From Daphnia carinata (Eukaryota), in contig NC_081331.1 of the NCBI RefSeq assembly GCF_022539665.2, positions 13,516,001 through 13,580,000 of the forward strand: a stretch of DNA of 64,000 nucleotides, given 5' to 3'. This document shows, piece after piece, positions 18,421 through 31,775 of this stretch. Numbering within the stretch: the first letter of the stretch is position 1; the number at the start of each line of letters is the position of its first letter. The position numbers were made by a program, and so were the translations under genes. The notes beneath the pieces are model-generated. The model ran no database searches. It saw only the letters and a list, made by a program, of their open reading frames with translations, and had not been told where the DNA came from.

Positions 18421-20751
18421 TCTACGAAGTTAACGCAAAACCCTGTGTCTTGGGTTTATTCGCTTTCACGGAGCATTTGTTTTTGTTTGTTTTTTTTTTG
18501 CTGTCACTGAAAAGTTGAAGCTTTTCACCTTTTTGCTCTTATGCTTGTTCCGTTTAACGAAAACAAGATTGCGAAACCCCAGCAGACTTACGTGTAAGGT
18601 CTCCTACGTGTTTTTATATTTCTAGCTTATCTTTGTTGCAACTTACGTAGCGTCCTAACTTGGAAGGGATCTGACAAGCGTCTTTTGCATTCTTATTTCT
18701 CGTCTAGATATTGTTGCTAGCGTTTGACTACATGGCTTTTGTTCTGCTGGCCGTTTTTTTGGGAGGGATTTTTTTTTATTCTTCCTAGCCCAGCGACTCG
18801 GAAAGTGGAGCAGTCATCTGATACGACATTTTCCCCTGGTTGTTATACAGTCCGTCGTTTGTGGTGGTCAATTCCCAGGGCTGTACTATCGTTTTCTTTT
18901 TGTAGTCGTGTACACATCACGTTTTCTACATTCAAGTTCTTGTTTTTCTCGAGGGTGCAAGAATCTGAGGTAACAGGAATCGTTGACTTGAGTTGATGAT
19001 GTTTCTCAATCGTTTGATTATTCAAAACAGCTCTCTAGGCTGTCGTGTTGGATGACCTCATTCGGTAGAGAGACCCGAGTCCAAAAAAGTGTTAAACTGC
19101 CCGTTGCGTTTGCACGGTGATTTTACATGAAAGGGTGGGCAGATTCTCCATTTTGAGAATACGCTTTTCTCTGTTTTGTTTTCCATCAAGTTTGAAGTAT
19201 GCGGGTCTGTGCGATTTAAACTTTTTTTGCGCCATGAAAGTTGAATGTTTTCAAATTTCGATTAATTCTTTTGGTGCTTTTTAAGTTTGAACAGCAGAGC
19301 TGAACAAGTAACTAGTTTACAAATCGCTGGGGCAAAACGAGTGCGAATGAAGTTTTTAGGGACTTTTGCCTTTGTTCTTTCGCCCAACTTGTCAATTGCG
19401 CACGTAACAAGCAATAGAATCTCTTTTTGTATCACGTTGAACTTTGCACTAATTAGTAGTACTCTTTGTTTTTGTCTGTTTGATCGTTCCTCTTGTTTTT
19501 AAAGAATGGCGAAAAGTTGCGGAGTCGTAAAACTGCGTGGTAGTAAACACTTTCCTTTGTGATCACGTTACAATGTTGCTAAAAGCTTAAATATTTTAAT
19601 TCATTGGACAGGGGTACCGAGACAAAAAAATTACGCTTTTTCGTTTGAAATTATTAATTTTTTTTTTGAAAGCTTGCATTTTGGCTTTCAAAACGAGAAA
19701 TGAGCTCGTTGATTGGCTAGCGCTTATTAACAGTCTCTATTTGTCAATCTGTCCCGACTTAATAGTCGGCGGCAATAAGGTCACGTTCCCAACTTAGAAC
19801 CGACTCATCTCGTTACATATAGAACGTAATGCACAAGAGTAAAATGGGAAAGCTTTCTCTTCTACTAGAATTTTCGAGTTGGGAAACCTCTTCATTTTCT
19901 AGGTATCCCTTTGACTGTAAACGCTTAAATGTTGTTCCTACAATCCCTTTTCACACGTAAAATCAAAGTTGTTCCATTCCATTTCAAACTTAGAGGCTTG
20001 TCCGCAAGAGTTCTGAAATGCAATTACAAGGCCATTGCTACACCACCATCTGAGCAATCGCTCTTTATGTGCAGTACGCAAACTTGTAATCCTTCACAGG
20101 TCGTGGAAAAGTGTGGCGTTCTGAACTTGGGAAAGGTTTATGCAAAAAGGACGATTCCACGAAATGGGATGTTTTGTGCTTTGTACGAAAACTCTCGTTG
20201 CTGTTTTCGTGTCGGCATTTTCATGTTTTTGTTTGCGGAACGGCCCCGTCGTCGTCGATTTGTGCGCAGCCGGGGCGTGTGGCAGAAATGTTATTACTGT
20301 CCCCACTCTGTTCACGGTCTGATGTGCAGGCGGGCATCTAGCAATCATGGGTCGCGTGATTGAGAATTTTGCGCTTTTCCTTTCGATCGATCTGCCCTCC
20401 ATTCACCGATAATTACTTTCATTATCTATTTATTGTTTACATTTCGTTAATTTTTACTTCAATCTCGGCGGTTTGCTCGTTTTCGGCGTTGAATCCCGCA
20501 TCAATAAAACGTTAGTTGAAAAGGTCGTCCTAGGAGAATTTTGAGATTTGTTTGGGTTTTTATCGGAATGATAGAATTTAACAATGCATTTCCTTGTGCA
20601 CAAGGCTATTTTGAATGTTGGAAGTAGTTCGACTTGAATTGGTCTGCATAACGCGCCGGCGCGTGTTCGGCAGGGAGTCAGAAGATCGGTAAAGAAAAAA
20701 GAAAAAAAAAAATCCAAGCCAACTAGTTACTTTGGTACCGAGCTTGCCGCT

Positions 20752-20757
20752 TCAGTC
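20752..20757 (+). promoter_or_regulatory. Candidate initiator (TCAGTC) for the most distal dunce isoform
   Basis: Inr consensus about 140 nt upstream of ATG 20897. Confidence 0.3.
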
Positions 20758-20896
20758 GCTTGTGATATCTCTGTAATTTCGCAAGGGTGGAGGGGACGTT
20801 TGGTCATCCATTTCGATTGTTCCGTCATATTGTGGGTCATTGGGAGTCGCTTGATTTCGCACAGTTTCCATCACAAGCATTCCTAGCTTGGCTGCG

Positions 20897-21458
20897 ATGG
20901 AAACTGATCCATCATCACGGGACAGCAGTCCGTCGCCAACGCCTGGAACGCATTTTGGTGATTCTTTCGAGTGTGCAAGTTGTCCGTCTCCAATGGCGGG
21001 CATGGGTGGTGTAAGAAAACTGACGCATAGTGAAACGATTGACGGCCTGTCAGCGCCGCATATTTCCGTCTACAATCAGTCGGCAAGGGCTTGGATGTGG
21101 TCCAGGGGTACTCCTGGTTGCAAGCGCGCCCTGTCGGAGCAGAGCGGCGATGGTCACAACCACTTGTGGCATCCTCCATGTTCGATTATGGGCAAACATT
21201 CGAAGCGAACATCGGCTCCGCAAGTCTGTTTATTTACTTGTTTATTGCTGCCGATTGAGCTATGTCATAAAATTAGATGTTTGGGATTTTCTTTTACATT
21301 TTCGGACCATTGTTAATGAAAGAAATCGCCATAAATAATAACGTTTTTTTTTTTTTAAATATTTAGATGATGGGATCTAGCCACTCCATCTCAGCCTTCC
21401 CGCGGACGATGCTCGTTATCAAATCACGTCGATCTTGGCCAGTGCTGCCTCACCAAAG
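20897..21458 (+). CDS. dnc: dunce/PDE4 alternative N-terminal unit A (two exons, 20897-21223 and 21367-21458)
   Basis: METDPSSRDSSPSPTPG...KRTSAPQ spliced to MMGSSHSISAFPRTMLVIKSRRSWPVLPHQ. Ends AG|gtaaga in phase 2, like the other first exons. Assignment to dunce rests on position and phase, not on a recognised motif. Confidence 0.6.
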
Positions 21459-22506
21459 GTAAGACCCCAAGAGGGATCATTATAACCTATCGAGTGTCAT
21501 TACCTGTCGAATTTTTCACCATTGTGGTCGTAACCATATTTTGAGGGCGCATTGCGGTCGATACGTCGTCTCCCAATTATACGGGAACTCCTATTGGTTT
21601 GTTTCCTCTTTTTGGCTTTCGAGTTTACCTGTTTATTTTTTTATGCGTTAACAGAACCTTCTGGTTAAGCGGGAATAGGATCTTTTTTTTCTTCAGGACC
21701 ATTTTTTTTTTGTTGTTGAGATATGGAACTTTTTTGTCCCTTTGAACGTCGAGTACGTCATTATTGAAATGTACTTTACTTTGTCCCACTTTTCGGTGTG
21801 AGAACGATCGTTCTACAATTACCTTCAATCATTGTTGTTTGATTAGTTCTTTTTCAAGAGACAAATACCCAATTAAACTAAGAGCTCTACGAATAGCTCC
21901 CTTTGCGGTCTTTATCACATCGGCATCGACATAAAAACGAGATTCGTTTGAAAAAGAAATTGGTAGGCTTATTCTGTAATTTAGAGAAGAATTATGTCGA
22001 TACCAATTTGTACTATACGACTCCCCCTTTTTTAGTTGATAAGATTGCCAATACATACGTCACATATGTCGGGTTGATAAGGAAAAAAATAAACCCGTGG
22101 CCGGGCGAACGCGTGGGAATCGTCCAGGTGGTGAACCAAAAGTCTTTCCAACTCGCGTTTCCTTTCTGCTACATTTTGTCATTTGATCAGCTTATTATCG
22201 ATCGCCGTTGAAAAATGTGTTGCGCGTGGCTATTGAAAAGATTTATGGGTAGAGCTCTAGACTCGCATACATTTTCATCTTTTTTCGTAAAAGTATAATT
22301 TAAAAATTGAAGGCCGTCTACGTCGGGAAAACCTCCGCTGAGGTCCAATCTGAGTATCCAACCGCGTGGAACGATCGGGACGGAATTCTTCTCCTTTAGT
22401 GCGTACCTCCCCCGTATTATTATTATTTTTCTTTTTTCCTCGAACGACTTGGAAGATCAAAGCAAGTACATTTTTTACCTTTAAAAAAAAATTTGTCCTT
22501 TTTGAA

Positions 22507-22529
22507 ATGTCATCCGACTTGATGAAGGC
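22507..22529 (+). CDS. Candidate micro first coding exon of dunce/PDE4 (MSSDLMK-A)
   Basis: ATG plus 6 codons, then GC|gtaagt: a perfect donor in phase 2. Confidence 0.3.
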
Positions 22530-25500
22530 GTAAGTGTCTGTTGACGCCGGTGACGCATCGCTGGTGTCATTGGCCGCAATTTGATGGCCAAGTGCGATAA
22601 TTGCCGACGGGATTACAACTGATTGAACCACTGGATGAGGGAGCAATGCGCCACGTCTCCTAGTTCCGATTCTCTTGATTTTCTCCATCACTTGGTTGAT
22701 TGGATTCTCTTAGATGAGTAGTACTACAAAGGACTATCTCTCGCTCAACCGTGTCACCCGTATGAGACCATTGACGCTATAAAAACAAAACGAATAGTAA
22801 TAGGAAATAGAGTAAAGGAAAATCGGGGGTTGGATCAATCATGTCCGAGAATGAGGGGCTCGCGAGTCTGCGCCTGGCCAAAAAAAAAAAAGGATGTGCA
22901 CATTTCTTAAACTTTTTTCTTTGCCGCTGGTAAAACTAATTGGGAAGTTGATGTTGTCTGACACGATGTAACGTTGTTATGACTCTTGTGATACGCCGTA
23001 TTAAATAACCGATGGGCGGAAGCGTTGTGTGTCGGTAAACTAGAGCTGGAAAATGGGCGCGCCGGTTGAAATAAGAAACTGCCAATGTTAAAAGTAAAAT
23101 GACGGCCGATCGTATTGTTGATGAACCCAATTCCTTGGTCACTTGGTTTTTTCTTTCTGGCCAATGTCAGCGTGACCCGCCTTTGCGTGACTGTTTCGTC
23201 GATGACGTTAAACTCAGTCGTGGCGGTATCGAATAAACCTTGAAAAAGCGTTTGTTTCTATAAAAATCTACCCAAATACCCCGCGTTTTCTTTGTTTTGC
23301 GTATCTTATTTTAGCGCCAGATGCGCCGTCTTTCGTGTCGTATAGTCTCGTTAAGCTGAATGACGTCAGCAAGTTTATTTCATTATTTTTTTTTCTTTTG
23401 GCTTGTGCAGTTAACACTTGTACAGTCGTAAAATATGGATCTTTGTGTTTCTTTCATTTTTTGGGGGGGTTTGTTTGATGGCCGGAAAGAAGCGTCGATT
23501 CTGTAAGAAAGAAAACACGCAGTTTCAATAGATTTAATAAAATAGGAGAGAATGAAAAGCGCGTGTTTTATTTCTCCCCATGTGGTGTGAAGCAGTAAAT
23601 ATTATTTAGTTTATTAGCTTTTCACAAACGGCCATCTATCTTGTTTTTCCTTCCGTCCGCCTTTTCAGTTTGTTTCAATTTACGTGTCGTTGCCTTGTAG
23701 ACGTTTGAAGAAAGGATAACACGGAAACCCCATCTGTTGTCGTTCGCACGCCGTCATGTCCATAAAATGACGTCTGTTTATCTGTTTAAATTCGATTTTT
23801 TTTTGTGTTGAGCAATTGTCCGTTAGACGTGCACGTCATAACTTGGACGCTGTGTAATTGTGTACCTTTGGCTGTTACGTAAAAAAAAGGAGCGGAAAGA
23901 AGTGGCAGCGACCTTAGAGTTGATTACTTGTTCACGTTTGGGATGCGGTTACGTTTCGTCCTGTGGGTTGGACGTGCATACGTGTTCCACTCGAGCTGTT
24001 CGTGAAGATGGTCACACAGATCCATGGAGGCAATTTTCAATTAGATATCCTTTTTGTACAGAGAAGAGCACGCGGTGTTTGAAGGAGATCAAAAATAGGT
24101 CACATCAAGATGAGCAGTTGTTCCCCAAAGTCCTTGTTTGAATCATCGTAGATTCTTGGCGCGCGTCCTATGGAAAGCGTACGTCTTGTACGTACGCAGA
24201 CTAGCAACGCGTATCCAACTAACAAATGATGTTACGTCTATAAATGTCAAGTCTAGTCAATAGATCTGTCGAAAATGATATCGTTTTCCTGGCGGGGTTA
24301 AAATAGGGGGGCGTATCACGTATGTTGATCCTCACTTGCACTCGCTTTCGTGATTATCACTTGAAGGTGGAATCAAATTTTAAGTCTCTGTTGACAAATA
24401 TCAAAGTTGAACAAGGATTTTGGCCTGTTTGCTTATCTCCTCTGCGCTCACGGTCCCGAAAAAAGAAGTCGCCGATCGCCAGTAGGCTGTAAATGTCAAC
24501 ATGCTCTCTCGTTGCTAACGACTCGAGAGCTGGTTTTGAGCGTGCATGTTTGCAAGTAAAGCCGACGTCTTGCTTGATTGAACCGAGAACTAAAAGTCGA
24601 GTGGTTTTGTCGAGAACAAAAAAAATAAAAGGATAAAAGTTTCTTTCCTTTTTTTTTCTCCTCGATAATTGTAAGGTTTAAGAATTAAATTTGCATAGGA
24701 GCTTTCCCTTTAATAATCCATGTTCCGTTTTTGCTGAATTAAAGTTGATTTGGTTGCAGTCGTGAAAAGAATGTTGCGTTAGCGGTAAAGCGATCGGGGG
24801 ATACTGAGAACTCCAAACTGGTATGTTGCAAAAACAGATATCGTAACAGTCACGCTAGGTGGTGTTGTTGTTAGTCGATACCTGAGATTGCTCTTTTTTT
24901 TGTTTTTGTTTTTCTTTTTACGGTCGTGACCCTGCACGATAGAAAGAAACAAAATCTTGAAGCGGGACACGCAGGGCCGTCTAGTAGTAGTTTGGTCGAG
25001 CTCTTGTTTGACTTGTAGTGTCATCTAGCGGTCGGTTTCAGACTTGTATCGTTATCTGGTTCTGTTCTGTTTTAAAAGGATTCCAATATTTTTTTTCTGT
25101 TTTGCTTCACGTAATTTTGTTTTGAAAATGGACGCTAATTCATTATCGTCCTTCTTATTGACTCCCACTCTTTCCCCCTTGGCATTTGATTAGGTTAGCT
25201 ATTGCTGTTAAAACAATTAATGCCGTGTTCATCCTTTCGTTTTATTTAGTAGATGTTACGGTACTCGAGAGAGAGAAAGAGGTACGGGTACACAAGCTCC
25301 GCCCATCATCGGGTTTTTTCTTCGTTTTTGGTGTCTCATCGAGTGTGTCTCTGGAGTATGGAGAGTGCTAGACATATTGTTACATGAAGAGTGCACTGCA
25401 GTGTATCTCTTTTGTTACGACAGGGTAATAGGGTCTATCTAGGAAAGAAGTTTTTTTTTTTTTTTGTTGTTGTTGAGTGAGTTTGATCATGGACTTTGGC

Positions 25501-28390
25501 CCTAGAGATGTATCCTGATCTGCTGTTTTCTTATTATTAGAACGTGAAAAAATTGTACTATTCCCATCTGCGCTTTAGTTTATCGCTTCAACGTAAAATT
25601 TGAGAATATTTGTTTTAATTTTTTTGCCATAGTCATTTTTTGCGGTTTTGACTCACGCGCTTTTCTACCTTTAAGTCTCGATTGTTTCTGGCATGGGCTT
25701 GGTATATTGGTAAATCGATTATTGGCGAGTTTGGATAGGAGAAGCGCACCAGATCGCCTGTGATAGGGGGGGATGTAACCCGATGCGCCCATACATCGAT
25801 GTTCCGATGATGCTCAAATTCCTGCATTCGATTTTCACGATCCATTTTGACTTGTAAATGCGCTCGCAATGGCTAATAAAAGTTGACGTGTCAAAGTTTA
25901 ATAACTAATAATGAAAAATGGAACTGCAAATTATACAGTGAACCCCCCCTCTCTCTCCTCGTTTTTTCCTTTCTTTCTCTTTATTTGCGTGTTTGGCCGA
26001 TAGTTGGCATTCACTAGAGTAGAAAGTATCGATTTAGCGGTTACCCGAGCTTGCCTGCTTTTCAATGGCTTTTTCTTTTTTTCCATCACTCGTAAATGTA
26101 TTTGGGTCAAACTGTACTCCGATCAATCTTTTGTTTTGTTTTTTATTCCTCTTGTCTTGGCTTTACCGATTGTCTTAGCTTTTTTTTTTTGTATCTTATT
26201 TTTGTGACCAACGGTCTTCCCTGTCCTGTTTCTCTATTGGCTCGAACTTAACTGCATTTCACGTGTTATTGGGACGACAATCCAAGCGTGTGATTGAAAT
26301 TGGATTTCGTTAAAGGCTCAAGGCTTTCTTCCCACGAAGACAGTTGCTCTCATAGATCATCTCGGGGTTTGGGCTCAAATAGTTTGGGTTTGATAGGTGA
26401 GTTTCGTTTTGCGAAAAAACTTCGTCCTTATGCGTATTATTACGTTTGCATAGCAACGTTGGCTGTGCATACGGATCGATACGTTTTATACGCATTTCGA
26501 GACGTTATGCAGCTCCGAACTTTTGGAATGGTATCGCCAAGCTTATGCAAAACTTGTATCTATCATTCCATTAGATTTGCAGCGTGCTATTTTTCTTTTC
26601 GTGATAACGTCGTACCCGTGACACGCCGATGCACTTTATGCTGTCATTAATATGTAGAATCTCGTGACTTATTGAATTTAAGCAGTCCTGTTCTTTCCCG
26701 CGTGGGGATAGCACTCTTCGTTTTGCGCTCTCGTTCACATCCATTTAGAAAGTTTTCTTGTTTCTTTTCTTGTCATTCGGATCTTGATGAAATGAGTAGT
26801 ATATAATCGTATTCAAATGCATTAGAAATTCAGGAACTCTTGATAGGAAGTCGGAAGTAAATGGTGGCTTGATGCGGAAATGGTGCAGCAGAGTTGATAG
26901 ACTGGAATCGTCCCACTGACAGGTTCATTTCTTTTTCTATCGCAAGCATTTTGTGGGTAGGCAGTTATCAGCAGATACCGCGGAGGGAGGAAAAAAAAAA
27001 TCGTGACCTATGCTGTCTCCTGGTCTAAGTTACGTGCTATGACGTCATTCACGTTAGCTGCGTAGTTGCATATATCGATTGGGCGAAAAAGGGGGGGAAA
27101 AATGTCTAATTAGAACGCGACGAAAATGAGGTACTTACGGCGTCAATCAGTTGATAAGTCGGCCTTCAAAGTTGAAGCTGCCCAGGTTGTTCTGTATGTG
27201 AATGGAAGGTACATGATGTGAAGTGACAGTTTTGATTAGACGGGTCGAAATTAGCGCGAAGTCGTCAGTTTGATGTCCAACGAGTAAACACGTAGGTTCG
27301 TTGGCTTTTTCTTCGCAACCGTTGGGGGGGGGGGGGAAGATGGTTCCCGGTGTCACACTGCGCACTTTGTTCCTCGACAAAAACATTCGTTCGTGATTGT
27401 GTGCGCGGCGTTTCGTTTTCTGCCATCGAGCGAAATGATCGTCTGGCTTCGACCGTCTCTCGGGGCAGTCCGATAAAAAAAACAACAACAAACCTTTCAG
27501 TGTAATTGCAATCGCTAGCGTCGCACCTCTTCATGTATTTATGGCATACGCACGCGTTCCGCTATGTTTGATGGTTTCAGCCCGTTCTCGTTTCTTGTGG
27601 TACCCCACCTTTCCGAATGGGCTTCGCCAAGGCTGCTGGCCATTGTTTTTTGTTTTGTTTATTATTTGAAGGATAAACAAGAAAAAAGTGGAGGTGACGT
27701 TTAGAAAGGAATTTTCTGTTTTTCATCTTCGATGGCTCCGTCTCTGATATCTGTTGATGTTTTTGTTCACTTGCAAAATTGGCGGATGCGGTGTGCAATA
27801 CTACTCAACAGGGCCGACCAAACACTAACAAGCGTTTGATTGGTTCGTTCCGAAAGCGGCCACTGACCAATAGCCCGTACATTTCTTGTGAACCGCATTT
27901 GTTTATATTGTTTCAATTGTTTTATGTCACGCTGTTGATTTGTGTGAAGTGGCCAGTCAATTCGGGTTGTTTTTATTTTGTCCGCGCCTCGCTATTATCG
28001 CAACATCGTGATGAAACAATCAACCTACATTTTGTTTTGGGTCCGTTCGAAGTCGAGTACGATGCAATTCTCCCCCTTCGTTCTCGTGTACGATATTCCT
28101 CTTCTTGTCGGGACACGTGGGGACGAAATTCAAGCAATTTCATGCGGCAATCACCCGGAAATCTGGATATGTCGTGTTGGCTCATTTTCTCTCTTGTCAC
28201 TTTGAAAAGATGATGCCCACGGATGTGTTGGCTCTTTTGTTTTTTCAAAGCCCTTGCGAAGCCCTTTTGATCCATTCCCTTAGCGGACGTGATCGAAAAT
28301 TCCCTTTTTATTTCTTTCTTCGCACTTACGCAATAGCACATCGACGGCAGTTAACGGATGGCTACGCCTTTTTTGTCGTCGTGGCAAGAA

Positions 28391-28473
28391 CACACACACA
28401 CACACACACACACAAAAGAGGGCACGGCTTAAGAGCAACTATTTTTGCAAAGTTTTGTGTGTGTGTGTGTGTG
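28391..28473. repeat. (CA)n and (TG)n microsatellites in inverted orientation
   Basis: cacaca...caaaa (ending 28417) and ttttgtgtg...gtg (28453-28473), 35 nt apart. Confidence 0.9.
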
Positions 28474-30573
28474 CGCGCCCGTCTTTTGTCTGACAGAATG
28501 GCCGAACAAACGGTTTCGACACACAAACTTGGCTGTGTAACTTCTTTTTTTTGTGGCTATAATATGTTATTTGTGTCACGCGCAGGCCAGACACAGCGAA
28601 CAGGGGGCAACTCTGGAGAAAAGGACGCTAATAATAGTTGTTATAAATCGTTTTGCGTCTTAACATGAACAAGTTGTTTTCCCTTTTGTTTTATTTCATT
28701 GTATATCTTTATTTGTTTGTTTTTTTTTGTTTTTTTTTGTTTTTTTTATATAATTCTTCTGACATTGATCTATATTCCCTGTATCAGCAAATGGTAATCA
28801 GCCGAAGTCGCGTTTCGGTCATTGCACGCGATGGTAGACAGGAGAACAGCAGGTTGCTGGAACCAATTGAGGTGTATCTTGCATAAGAAGGGCTCCATTA
28901 AAATTACAGGAAAATAGCTTGCTCAATTATTTTGGAGAAATCGATTTTTTTTGCACCTGAAGAACTTCTGTCGTTGCTTTTAGCATACCGTGACACCACT
29001 TTTCAAAGGGCAGACGCTTTTCACACAGGTGCACTGCGATGAAAGTGTTGGTAATCGTTTCCGGCTACCTCCAATTGAATGATTGAACAAACAACAAAGC
29101 TATTTTTCGTAGCATCAAGTTATCTGGAGGCATCAACGCCTCTATTAAATTTATTTAGGCTTTTTGAAGTGTAGAAATTCAATCGGGAGAAGCAAACGTG
29201 TTTTTATGGTAGACCAATAACAAGGCCAGGCAGCGTTCAGTCGATAAATAAATGCCACATTTTGAATTTGCGTTTGTGTAGGCAATCTCGTTAGTAGTCG
29301 TGGATGTTCATAATTAGGTAAACGCCCTAACGTTCGTAATTTTGTTTAAATTTGAATTCGCTTTTAATTATCTTTTTGTGTGCGAATGAGACTTGCCTAA
29401 CAATTTGTGGCGCGATATGTTTCATCTCGTTAAAAAGAATTAAGTAAATGAGAAAACTTTAAATTTTCATGAACCATGTCGTGATGAGGTGCTTGCCATT
29501 AGACTCTAGAGGAATGGATCAATGGCTTTAAACATCCCCCCCCCCTCTCTTTTTCTTTTTTTTTTTTTTTTTTGTTTACATTTCACTTTGAAGTTTTCGT
29601 CGTAGAATTTTTTTCGTTTGCGGGCATGAAATGAAATACCAAACCATCAGTTTGGCCAGTATTCAATGGAAACCACGACTGAAACGTCAAAAGAAAAAAA
29701 AAGAAAAAAAAGATAGAGAAATGTACGAAATAATATGCGGATTTAGCTTTGTTGTACCCAAGTTTATCCATTTTTTTGTGTTTTATTCCTGGCTTTCGCT
29801 TTGAAGCGAACGCATTGAATTGACAACGGGATCGAAAGAGACAAGAGGAGATTCTTGACAAAAACGAGGATATATGTCGTTCTTCATGTACAATATTTTT
29901 GATCACGGTAATGATGCTATCGAATGCCCCCCAGCTTTTCTCCTTTTTCTCAAACCTACCGTACGTCATGCCGAAATAACGACGGGAAAAAGAAAAAGCA
30001 CAAATTCCTTAAAGAATTTTTTTTTTTTTAAATAAAGATTTCAAAAATGAAATTCACGTAATGCCAAAACATTTTGTACAGTATATTCCCTCTTTTGCTT
30101 CTTCTTTTTGCTGTGGCATTTCAGCAATGCGGATTATTGAACGGGTCCGGTGTGAAACATCAACATCCGCGACCTCTTTCTAAGCAAACTTGCCAGTTGT
30201 ACGGTACAAGTCTCTACCATTCTATGGTCACAGTTAGCTTACGCGTGACGAGCTTTTAATAGTTGTGCTTTGTATAGGCACTCTAAAGCTTTTTTCTGCG
30301 GGGACCTTTTTTGAGACAAAAAAAAAAAAAAAACGATAGAAACCACACAGCCGAAAATAAAAATAGATTTTTCGGGCTTTTTATTTTAGTTTTGGGGCCT
30401 TTTGTGAAGATAGATAGTGAGAAAAAAAAAAAGAAGAAACACGCCCGAAATTGTGTATATCTGTGTTTGGGTTCGTATTGAGTCAGCGCGTTCGGGAAGC
30501 ATATTTCCATTTCCTTGGCGGTACGGGCCGGATACGGATATGCCTTTCCTCCTGTCGTTATCTTTCTCTCTTA

Positions 30574-30608
<35 letters not shown>

Positions 30609-31680
30609 TCTATTTATTTATTTGTTTTTTTTTTTTTTGCTATTCCGCTCGAAATGATGAGCTCGACACGAAACCACTGCGCGTTTTCTTGGAGTCTTGG
30701 CGTTTCACCGTAGGGAGTTGAGGCGCGGGCGCGAGAAGAACATTCTTGCCTAAAAGAAGACGGTATACAAACCAAGTCTTTTTCACTGATCGCAGTGCTA
30801 ATCAGACAACACACCAGTCCGCTTGTCCCAACGTTTTTTTCTTCTTCAAATTTCTGTTCATCGTTGGTTGTTCTTACTCGTCTATTCTTTTTTTTGGGGG
30901 TTAAAAAATAAATAAAATAAGAGCGGTTATATACAACGCTGCAGAGTGTGCTGTGGCCAGCATTCGTGGCCGGGCCTCGCTCTATCGAAGACGTCGTCTG
31001 TTCTTGTGTCCCATGTGAAACTCGCGGCAAATCTTTGCGGTGTGTGCGCGGTGTTTGATTTGTTTGCAAGTCAAGCCAACTGTTTCTTTCCGTTTGTTTT
31101 ATTATTATTTTGTGCGGAATAGCGTGGACAGTTGCCAAACATACCCCGACAAGGAGTTTGTACTCGTGTAAATTTATAGACATCTCTGAGAAACACACAA
31201 AAAAAAAAGTGACAGGAACAAGAAGAGAAGAGACTGTACGTAAATGATGGATTGAACAAACGATGTGAGAATTGCATACCCTTTTTCTTTTTTCCTCTTA
31301 AAAAGAAAAATAAATTGTGTGAGGATTAAAAAAAAAAAAAAAAAAAAAAAAAACAAAGGTCGAGGATATCGGTGCAGAAATTTACGAGTGATAAACGCCG
31401 AGCGTTCTTTTTTGTTTTAATCCATCACAACGTCTGTTATTCACCATCAGCTCGCGTTTTTGCCAATCTCTCTAGAGAGTGTTATAAATACGGCAGGCTC
31501 TTCTCTTTGTGTTACCATTTACTGGCTCGTCGGGGGCTGCGTTTTCGTTTATTGTCTCCATTGTGGCTTGATTAAGTCATTGAGGACAATCGCTCGGCGC
31601 CCGAAGGTATTAAAAGAGGAACACGGAGTAGAGGCGACGCGAATAAAGCAAATAAAAGATAAGCCAATACGGACGTCAAG

Positions 31681-31775
31681 ATGCAAGCGGAACGGGGTAG
31701 CATCATCAACTTGCAGTCCTATCACGGACGATCGGGACGCACTCGACGCCACACGTTGGCCTTTGTCGCTGCCAG
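31681..31775 (+). CDS. dnc: dunce/PDE4 alternative first coding exon B (MQAERGSIINLQSYHGRSGRTRRHTLAFVAA)
   Basis: Not in the ORF track. Closely resembles the Drosophila dunce isoform N-terminus as recalled (MQAEQGSIGDLQKYHSRYLKNRRHTLANVR-FDVENG). Ends AG|gtaaga in phase 2. Confidence 0.85.

Noticed and set aside
28105..28668. 187-aa ORF in the dunce intron (nested gene?)
   Set aside because: It spans CA/TG repeats, has a non-ATG start and shows no recognisable homology.
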